A stretch of DNA of 32,586 bases from a virus. Taxonomy: Duplodnaviria; Heunggongvirae; Uroviricota; Caudoviricetes. A model generated the notes under the pieces. The model ran no database searches and was not told the origin of the DNA. It was given only the letters and a program-made list of their open reading frames with translations. The first letter of the stretch is position 1. Every line of letters starts with the position of its first letter. Positions 25,780-32,586 of the stretch are shown one piece after another. Both the position numbers and the translations under genes were made by a program. Where the stretch lies: the IMG/VR virus record IMGVR_UViG_2690316104_000008, positions 1 to 32,586 of that record. One strand, written 5' to 3'.

Positions 25780-28080
25780 TTACTTGAGCTCTTTGCTGAA
25801 GTACTCATTACTAAAACCCTGCCACTCATCGACATTACTTGCCACATACTTATATTTTTTATCATCGAATATCACCATCGCACCACGCGCCAGCGCCTCA
25901 AGCTCCCATCGCTGTGGCCTGATACCGTTCTGAGCAAGGTCAACGCGGATACGGGTAATTTGCATTCGTTCCGACCGGGTCAGTCTGGCCGATGGCGCTA
26001 TTTCATGCGGTTTTAACGGGCTTCCGTTTCTTTGCTGACGGTTTGGTCTTCTCAGACCGTGTTTTAATGCACCTCTGAGCGCCCTCACGACCTCCTGGTC
26101 ATTCCATTTGATAACACCGCCATCTACCAGATTAAGCACTGCTACGGCGTGTTCAGAAGGCGTGGGAGCCGGTGACGAAGTATCACCACCGGTGAGCTTT
26201 CCACAGTTATTGACAGGACTCCGAGGCGCGGCGATGCCGCTTTTTAAAGTCAAAGGCTCCACGACCGGAACTTTCGGAACAATGCGCCAGTCCGTCGTTC
26301 TGGTGATATGAATATGACGCGCGCCGAGATGCGGCGCGTAAATGCCGACCACTCTCTCGACTTCTTCCTCGTACTCGTTAACTTCATCCGACGGGCTACG
26401 GGCAACCCTGACAGTCTGACAATCGCGCGGAACATTTGCCCCACCCTGCGCGCTGATATACAACGCAAAATCACCACTGTCTGCGGCAGCGCGAGCAGCC
26501 TCGACGCGTTCGTCAAACTCATCAGCAATACTGACGCCGCGAGGCAATTTGCGTAGTTCACGGTAAGCCCCCATTGTCGGCAGGCCAACCGTTTTAAATT
26601 GTGGAATGCGCCACGTTGACGCCCATGCGGTAACAGCCGCGGCAGTGTCTTTCAGCGGCCTGCCGGTATCGTTATCGAGCTGACCATCCAGTGCATAGCC
26701 GTCGATGTTTTTTGAAATGTATTTCGCGATATATCCCGCAGCACCGCCCCGGTTAAGGTGTTTTGCCTGAAAACGGTTTCGCGCAGCTCCTCTTTCGTCA
26801 CCATCCTCTTTGAGCGCATAGCGACGCATGATTTCGATAATCTGATTACGCTGGCGTGGATTACAAAAAAGCATCATATGCCAGTGCGGCGTTCCGTCGT
26901 GGTGTGGCTCGACGACACGCAAACCGTAGACCTGTAAATCATTATCCTTGAATGCCGTGCGCATCAGGCTCCAGATGCGGCAGAGATAACGCTGCGCATC
27001 CTTTGGATTAAATGCCTCATCGTTCCAGCCGTGATTTAGCTGGACGGTTTTACTTTCGCCTTTTCCGACCTGACGTGTCGGGTGATACTTTGACGGCGCG
27101 GTCAGCGTGATAAACATCCCCACATCACCCTCTGCGGCGGCGTAACGCTCAATACCGGCAATGGTGTTCATCAGCTCCATCCGGCGAATTTCAGGATTAG
27201 AAATACTTCCCATCACCTTACTGATAAGGTCGATGCGCTCGCCGGTTTCCCTGTTTTCAAGGTCACACGATTTAAGAAATTCCAGATTTGCCTGGCGGCG
27301 CGCACGCACATCACGAATGGCATGTTTACTGGCATAAGGAGAACGGTCTTTATTGACCTCCCCGACAGCAATCAGTAACGCTTCATGCCAGCGCATACGT
27401 TGACCTTTAAGCTGATGAGTCCACCACTCATCGTTAAACAGGCGGGCAATGGCAGAATATGCCTGCCTCGTGGTCATCTGTCCTTTACGGTATTTTTTCC
27501 AGTAAAGCGGGGAAATATTGAAAGCACGTGCAGCGCCAGCAACATGACCATACAGGTGAGCCTGAGCCTCATCCGTAAACAGTGATTCTTTTTCGCCATG
27601 CGCATCCACCCAGGCATCGCTGAGTTCCTCATACATCATGAAAAGCTGCGATGAGATACGGGCGGCAAACTTTTTCAGCTCCTTGTCATTCATCCCCGGC
27701 AGACGCGCATAATGGTCACGCTCTGCCAGAAACAGCAACGACGCGTCGGTGTTCATTTCATGGCGCTGATTCACACGTTCAATGCGCGGCCATAAACGAC
27801 GCTGAAAAGTGGATGTGAGGAAATAAAACCCGTGTACCGGGCTTTTATTGCGCCGGATGTAGTCATAGCGTGAAGTAAACAGCGAGCGCAAAAAGTAAGG
27901 CAGGCGGTTAATCGTGGATAAAACACCTTGCACCTGACGCATCTCGTCACGTGTAAGGGGTCTTTCGCGCCCGACAGCCTCGCGTGGCGCGTTCCATGCA
28001 TAAGCACCGGTAAACGCCTTACCGGTGCCTGCGGCAAATGCTGATGGAGGGACAAAACGCCCGGAGGCTTTAACGGCCAT
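25780..28080 (-). CDS. A: Replication initiation protein A (rolling-circle nickase)
   Basis: From MAVKASGRFVPPSAF, matching remembered P2 gpA N-terminus; HUH-type region EPHHDGTPHWHMMLF; ORF-track start 28122 is an extension. Confidence 0.9.
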   Translation of the reverse strand: MAVKASGRFVPPSAFAAGTGKAFTGAYAWNAPREAVGRERPLTRDEMRQVQGVLSTINRLPYFLRSLFTSRYDYIRRNKSPVHGFYFLTSTFQRRLWPRIERVNQRHEMNTDASLLFLAERDHYARLPGMNDKELKKFAARISSQLFMMYEELSDAWVDAHGEKESLFTDEAQAHLYGHVAGAARAFNISPLYWKKYRKGQMTTRQAYSAIARLFNDEWWTHQLKGQRMRWHEALLIAVGEVNKDRSPYASKHAIRDVRARRQANLEFLKSCDLENRETGERIDLISKVMGSISNPEIRRMELMNTIAGIERYAAAEGDVGMFITLTAPSKYHPTRQVGKGESKTVQLNHGWNDEAFNPKDAQRYLCRIWSLMRTAFKDNDLQVYGLRVVEPHHDGTPHWHMMLFCNPRQRNQIIEIMRRYALKEDGDERGAARNRFQAKHLNRGGAAGYIAKYISKNIDGYALDGQLDNDTGRPLKDTAAAVTAWASTWRIPQFKTVGLPTMGAYRELRKLPRGVSIADEFDERVEAARAAADSGDFALYISAQGGANVPRDCQTVRVARSPSDEVNEYEEEVERVVGIYAPHLGARHIHITRTTDWRIVPKVPVVEPLTLKSGIAAPRSPVNNCGKLTGGDTSSPAPTPSEHAVAVLNLVDGGVIKWNDQEVVRALRGALKHGLRRPNRQQRNGSPLKPHEIAPSARLTRSERMQITRIRVDLAQNGIRPQRWELEALARGAMVIFDDKKYKYVASNVDEWQGFSNEYFSKELK

Positions 28081-28345
28081 ATGAGCCAAAAGCCTCTGAA
28101 CAACGCTTGCTGAGTTGCTCAACCTGCGCGTTTAAATCAGCAAAAGACTTTGCGCTTCCGGTCAGAATATCGTGATGCATCATGCCGGAAACGAGCTGGC
28201 TTAATTTCGGGTAATAACCAACCACCGACAGCCATTCCTGACCGGCGTTTTTACCGCTTTCCGCTCTCTTTTTCTCGTGGAGAATAAACTGAAAGCTGTC
28301 ACTGGTAACGACATAACGTTCGCCAATTTCAATACGAATACTCAT
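28070..28345 (-). CDS. Hypothetical early protein (P2 orf83 position)
   Basis: 91-aa ORF between the zinc-finger ORF and A; synteny only. Confidence 0.55.
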   Translation of the reverse strand: MSIRIEIGERYVVTSDSFQFILHEKKRAESGKNAGQEWLSVVGYYPKLSQLVSGMMHHDILTGSAKSFADLNAQVEQLSKRCSEAFGSYGR

Positions 28346-28566
28346 GCCGTTCTCCGGTAATGTTTGTTTTTTGCTTCAAAGACTGACTGACAGGAAACAC
28401 AACGCGTGGCTGACGGATAAGCCGCACGACGGGCAGCAGGTATTGGCACGTCACACTCTTCGCAAACCAGCGCAGAAACACCGCAATGTTTTACCCTTGC
28501 CGCGTTAATCTGGCGCTCCAGTAATTCAGCCTGTTGTTCCTGAATGAAATCTACGTTGTCCGGCAT
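28342..28566 (-). CDS. TraR/DksA-family C4 zinc-finger protein (P2 orf82 position)
   Basis: CEECDVPIPAARR...CVSCQ motif; ATGA overlaps on both sides. Confidence 0.7.
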   Translation of the reverse strand: MPDNVDFIQEQQAELLERQINAARVKHCGVSALVCEECDVPIPAARRAAYPSATRCVSCQSVFEAKNKHYRRTA

Positions 28567-28568
28567 TA

Positions 28569-28871
28569 CTAGTTCCTTTTGTCGTTCAGTTTCTTAAATT
28601 CATCAGCGCAATAGCTGACGATTTCTGTCGTTAATTTTGTCAGTTCATCCACGGAGGAAATTTGCTTGTGGAATACAGCGCGTTTAACAAGTAAATTGAC
28701 CACATCAGACAGGAGGTTTAATTCATTCTGATAAATCGCGATAACAGATTCAGTTATGTCGCGTTTTTCTTTATCAAGACAAAGTTGAATAAGAGATAAA
28801 TCACCATTTTCCATAACGGCGATTTTTAAGGCGTTATTCAGTAATACAACTGAATGAGAACAGGACATCAA
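28569..28871 (-). CDS. Hypothetical early protein (P2 orf81 position)
   Basis: 100-aa ORF, coupled to neighbours; synteny only. Confidence 0.5.
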   Translation of the reverse strand: MMSCSHSVVLLNNALKIAVMENGDLSLIQLCLDKEKRDITESVIAIYQNELNLLSDVVNLLVKRAVFHKQISSVDELTKLTTEIVSYCADEFKKLNDKRN

Positions 28872-29092
28872 AGCACCTCCCCGCGAGACAATCCGATATT
28901 GTGAAATTTTTCCGACTCCTGACTGAGCAGCTCGACTATCTCCACGCGGGATAACTCCGCCTTTGTGATATGGCGAATCATGGCGTCAAGATGAGAAGAA
29001 AAGCGCGTCGCAGCGTCGGCCTGTGCTTCGGTTCTGGCCTGTTGCAGCAGTAATGCGTATTTACCGCACTGATTTTCAGAAACTGTATGCAT
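28868..29092 (-). CDS. Hypothetical early protein (P2 orf80 position)
   Basis: 74-aa ORF downstream of B; synteny only. Confidence 0.5.
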   Translation of the reverse strand: MHTVSENQCGKYALLLQQARTEAQADAATRFSSHLDAMIRHITKAELSRVEIVELLSQESEKFHNIGLSRGEVL

Positions 29093-29155
29093 GACTTTCT
29101 CCAGGCAAAAAGAAGCCCCGCACGATTAAGTGCGTTAAAAACTCTGGTTAATTAT

Positions 29156-29656
29156 TTAATGCAGATATTGCTCTGGTTTTACCGACGTCAGAATTGTCGG
29201 TGCATACTCAAACAGGCTGAATAATTCACGTAATGCACGGAATAAGGCATCACGCCAGTAACATGATTCTTCATTAATTCGCCAGTATGGCTGGTTGAAT
29301 TCTTTTTCAGTCAATCCGGCATGCATAAATAAAGTACGGCGCTGACTGACAGTTAAAAAGCTAATATATGCATACTCACTTGCACCGACCTGACGGCGTT
29401 TTGAGAATGCCCCACGCAGTTCATCAATTGCACAAACCAGCCGTTCACGTTCGACGTCGTTCATTTCTTCAAAACGCATCGTTGCGTGACGCTGTTTTAA
29501 CTGCGCATGGAAGCAAACCGTTAGCCGTTCGCGTTCCATCATCTGATTATAATAATCGCATGTCTCCTGCCAGCGAGGGACGGCCAGATGCTTACCAATT
29601 ATCCGGCGCATAGCTGCTGGCTGTTTTTCAACGAGATTGAGCGTCATCACTGTCAT
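29156..29656 (-). CDS. B: Replication protein B (helicase-loading)
   Basis: 166 aa starting MTVMTLNLVEKQPAAMRR, matching remembered P2 gpB. Confidence 0.85.
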   Translation of the reverse strand: MTVMTLNLVEKQPAAMRRIIGKHLAVPRWQETCDYYNQMMERERLTVCFHAQLKQRHATMRFEEMNDVERERLVCAIDELRGAFSKRRQVGASEYAYISFLTVSQRRTLFMHAGLTEKEFNQPYWRINEESCYWRDALFRALRELFSLFEYAPTILTSVKPEQYLH

Positions 29657-29901
29657 TTCCAGACCCTCCGGCTTTTCAGAAAGGTCAGAGCCTTTTTTAA
29701 CGGACTCTGTTTTTTGGTGCGGATAATGATTCCCTTGCGTCCCTTCCCGTGGGTGATGGTGAAGTCAATCGCCCTGGGGCTTTCGTTACGCAATAACTGA
29801 GCAATACAACGAGGTTCCGGCATAACTCCTCCTGAAACAGAGCCGGTTTTTAGCCATGTCCGGCACATGGTCTTGTGGTAAGATCGAATCGCCAAAAACA
29901 A
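29653..29901 (-). CDS. Hypothetical small protein upstream of B (possible P2 orf78 equivalent)
   Basis: 82-aa ORF with ATGA overlap onto B; basic, low complexity; weak support. Confidence 0.35.
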   Translation of the reverse strand: MFLAIRSYHKTMCRTWLKTGSVSGGVMPEPRCIAQLLRNESPRAIDFTITHGKGRKGIIIRTKKQSPLKKALTFLKSRRVWK

Positions 29902-29922
29902 CCAACCACAAAAGGTGTAAAA

Positions 29923-30129
29923 ATGGACAAAAAAACTGTTACTGTATTTCCAGACAAAATCACTATCGATGGTATTGTCAGTGAGGGTAAGATGAGACTA
30001 CTCGCACACCTTCATACCGACTTAAACCTAAAAAGCGATAATGTTCTTGCAATTAGTATTCAACTCGAGCAATTAAAAAATCTTCATGCTACTATCGGCG
30101 AATACTTAGAGCTAAATAAAGAAAAATAA
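29923..30129 (+). CDS. Hypothetical small protein (68 aa), opposite strand to the early operon
   Basis: ATG preceded by aaggtg; stop 2 nt from the stop of the convergent 198-aa gene; AT-rich. Confidence 0.3.
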   Translation: MDKKTVTVFPDKITIDGIVSEGKMRLLAHLHTDLNLKSDNVLAISIQLEQLKNLHATIGEYLELNKEK

Positions 30130-30131
30130 TT

Positions 30132-30728
30132 TCAATCTACTTTGCGCCATGAGTATTTTTGCATTCCTGGCGCATATTTTTCTACAGCATTAATAATACT
30201 CAGCGCATCAAATTCGCTATAACCTTTTTCGTCATCCGATAACTTTGATACTCCGTAGTACACATGACCGATAAACCTGTCATTTTCATAACAAGCTCTA
30301 CAGTATAGAGTCACATAGTTGCGTAATGGGGTTAGCTCGCAACCAATAATAGAAAGATCACCAAAACGCAAAATCTCAAATTTACTTGATTTGCTTCTTT
30401 TTGTTTTAGTTGGGGCTTGTTGATTCTGGCTGATTAACGCAAATGACTCTTGTAAATTATTTATAATCTCATTACGTTCATCTCTTTTGTTATTTTCCAG
30501 CCTGACACATCCACATTTAATTAAATGCGTCAAAGTCTCAATTTCTGCAGCTCTTACAGGTAAAGCCAGAAAATTAACTTCTTCTTCTAATTTTTTCGCT
30601 TCAATTTCTATGTCATCAACTATGGCTGATACGTTAGATTGCCCTTCAATCGACAAAAGTCTCGTGCGCAGCTCGATGATCAACGATTGAATTTTTTTAG
30701 CTGCCGCGTTTCCTACTATAGTGTTCAT
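30132..30728 (-). CDS. Hypothetical protein, 198 aa, AT-rich cargo gene inserted between cox and B
   Basis: Long ORF with atypically low GC; no P2 counterpart at this position as far as I recall. Confidence 0.55.
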   Translation of the reverse strand: MNTIVGNAAAKKIQSLIIELRTRLLSIEGQSNVSAIVDDIEIEAKKLEEEVNFLALPVRAAEIETLTHLIKCGCVRLENNKRDERNEIINNLQESFALISQNQQAPTKTKRSKSSKFEILRFGDLSIIGCELTPLRNYVTLYCRACYENDRFIGHVYYGVSKLSDDEKGYSEFDALSIINAVEKYAPGMQKYSWRKVD

Positions 30729-30737
30729 AACATGCCC

Positions 30738-31094
30738 TCACACCATACGCCCTAATTTCGACTTGCTATAACTAATGCGGTTCTTCCAGTCATGCCACTC
30801 TGTCGGAGCTTCATCGACTAGTTGAGCTGCATACTTGTCCCACTCACGTCGATTAATCCATAACTCAGCGTGACCGCCCGGCTTTAACGGGTCTGTCATA
30901 TAGAATGCTGGCAGCTTTCCAGCTCGTGCCATTTCAGCCACCGCACGAGGAGTCTTACCGATGTAAAGAGCAAAACCCTCTTTCGACAGTAAATCTGACG
31001 GATCCGCAGCCAAATTAATGGAATCACGCTTGTTTTTTTTAAGAGCAGAAACTTCTTGTCTTTTCTCGTCACAAATTTCAGATCCGACATTCAT
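30738..31094 (-). CDS. cox: Cox-like excisionase / early-operon repressor
   Basis: First gene divergent from C; ALYIGKTPRAVAEMARAGKLPAFYMTDP resembles the P2 Cox DNA-binding region. Confidence 0.6.
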   Translation of the reverse strand: MNVGSEICDEKRQEVSALKKNKRDSINLAADPSDLLSKEGFALYIGKTPRAVAEMARAGKLPAFYMTDPLKPGGHAELWINRREWDKYAAQLVDEAPTEWHDWKNRISYSKSKLGRMV

Positions 31095-31120
31095 TTTGCT
31101 ATCCTCACATTGATGTCAGC

Positions 31121-31150
31121 GATCTAGAGCGATTTAGAGTCGTTAGATGC
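31121..31150. promoter_or_regulatory. Candidate operator: three TTAGA-type direct repeats at about 10-bp spacing in the C/cox switch region
   Basis: gatcTAGAGc gatTTAGAGt cgTTAGATgc between the divergent cox and C starts. Confidence 0.4.
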
Positions 31151-31197
31151 TGATAAATCATATCAACTATGCAAAAGAATACGAGGTTAGAGAATTT

Positions 31198-31497
31198 ATG
31201 TCAACTGACACTAGCGAACGTTTGAAGCTTATCCGTGAGTCTGAACGTCTGAAAATGAAGGAGGTAGCTGAACTAGCTGGCATCAACTACACCACATATG
31301 CAGGTTATGAATCAGGTAAAGCTATGATGTCCCTAGAAAATGCTAAGAAGTTTTTTAAAGTAGAAAGGTTCAGAAAATACCGTGACTGGTTCATGTTTGA
31401 TGAAACTGATCCAGCAGCTGGACAAATAGCCCCGGCTCTCGCACACATTGGGCAAGACTCAACAATCTTGCACCACTCAGACCAAAAGACTGGCTGA
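31198..31497 (+). CDS. C: Immunity repressor C, 99 aa
   Basis: C-terminus GQIAPALAHIGQDSTILHHSDQKTG matches remembered P2 C; GAGGT ribosome-binding site; followed by int. Confidence 0.85.
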   Translation: MSTDTSERLKLIRESERLKMKEVAELAGINYTTYAGYESGKAMMSLENAKKFFKVERFRKYRDWFMFDETDPAAGQIAPALAHIGQDSTILHHSDQKTG

Positions 31498-31590
31498 CGA
31501 TTTATTCAGCATATGTGTGCAGTAAATGTACGATAGAAAATTGCATTAATTTTCAAGTAGTAGAAGTAAACAGCGTCATCGGAGGGCTTT

Positions 31591-32586
31591 ATGTCTATTA
31601 AAAAGCTCGATGATGGTCGTTATGAAGTGGACGTCAGACCGCAGGGTGCAGATGGAAAACGTATCAGGCGGAAATTTAAAACTAAAGGTGAAGCTCAGGC
31701 ATTCGAACGTCATGTGCTGGTTAACTACCACAACAAAGAGTGGTTAGAGAAGCCAGCCGACCGCCGAACTCTTACAGAGTTGTTAGGCAGATGGTGGATC
31801 TATCACGGAAAATCACATGAGCGTGGAGATATTGAACGAGGGCGTTTAACGACAATAATCGCCAAATTTGCAGAAATGGGAGTGTCCAGAGCAGACCAGC
31901 TAACAAAGAAAACGATAACTGATTATCGCGTTGTAATGATGAACGATGGTCTAAAACCAGCCAGCGTAAATCGGCATCTGGCAATAATGAGCGGGATGTT
32001 CACCAAGTTAATTGACGCCGGTGAATACCACTCTCACAACCCGTTCCGTGAGGTGAAGCGGTTACGTGAAGCTGTTACGGAAATGGCTTTTTTGTCCAGT
32101 GAAGAGATTACGCGGCTGTTATCCATGCTTGATGGCGATGAATTAAATGCAACGCTGGTCTGCCTTTCTACTGGTGGACGCTGGAGTGAAGTGTCTAATT
32201 TAAAAGCTGAACACATCATTAACCAGATGGTTACGTTTATGAAAACTAAAAACGGAAAGCGCAGGACAATTCCCGTTTCGCAGGATCTGATTAAACGGAT
32301 CAAGACCAAAAATTCAGGCAGGCTTTTTAATGCCAGTTACTACAAAGTGCGTAACGCTCTCCGGGAAGTAAAACCCGATTTACCTGACGGACAAGCAGTA
32401 CATGTTTTGAGGCATACATTTGCCACACATTTTATAATGAATGGAGGTAACATAATCACATTGCAGCGCATCCTGGGTCATTCTAACATTCAGCAAACTA
32501 TGACCTACGCACACTTTGCACCGGATTTCTTACAAGATGCTGTGACTCTTAACCCGGTGTCAGGAATGTCCATAATGCGTCCATAA
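31591..32586 (+). CDS. int: Tyrosine integrase
   Basis: 331 aa; R...HxLRHTFATH...Y catalytic signature (VHVLRHTFATHF, TMTYAHFAP); ends at the window edge. Confidence 0.9.
   Translation: MSIKKLDDGRYEVDVRPQGADGKRIRRKFKTKGEAQAFERHVLVNYHNKEWLEKPADRRTLTELLGRWWIYHGKSHERGDIERGRLTTIIAKFAEMGVSRADQLTKKTITDYRVVMMNDGLKPASVNRHLAIMSGMFTKLIDAGEYHSHNPFREVKRLREAVTEMAFLSSEEITRLLSMLDGDELNATLVCLSTGGRWSEVSNLKAEHIINQMVTFMKTKNGKRRTIPVSQDLIKRIKTKNSGRLFNASYYKVRNALREVKPDLPDGQAVHVLRHTFATHFIMNGGNIITLQRILGHSNIQQTMTYAHFAPDFLQDAVTLNPVSGMSIMRP

Noticed and set aside
29095-29155. Possible hairpin (cgcac…gtgcg) between B and the next small ORF as a terminator
   Set aside because: The stem is short and not followed by a clean U-tract on the transcribed (minus) strand, so it is too weak to call.
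1-32586. CRISPR arrays, tRNA or rRNA genes
   Set aside because: No short regularly spaced direct repeats and no tRNA-like cloverleaf candidates were seen; the window is densely protein-coding.

Overview
This window is almost an entire P2-family temperate prophage (Enterobacteriaceae type), lying in reverse orientation from ogr (window start) to int (window end). Gene order follows P2: ogr–D–U–T–E/E'–FII–FI on the minus strand, then a Hin/Gin-type serine invertase with an invertible tail-fibre cassette where P2 carries Z/fun, then H–G–I–J–W–V–S–R–lysC/B/A–K–Y–X–L–M–N–O, divergent P–Q, the cos site, A, four small ORFs, B, cox, C and int. Both att sites lie outside the window. The most interesting region is the AT-rich cargo island between cos and gene A (about 21.96–25.78 kb), the position P2 uses for old/tin. 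It carries a two-gene operon (a MORC-like GHKL ATPase of 488 aa translationally coupled to a 330-aa protein of unknown function) convergent with a C5 cytosine DNA methyltransferase. I read this as a candidate restriction-modification-like or anti-phage defence module that I cannot assign to a named system. A second AT-rich insertion (198-aa gene plus a convergent small ORF) sits between cox and B. All calls rest on reading the supplied ORF translations, recalled P2 synteny and motifs; no database search was run.
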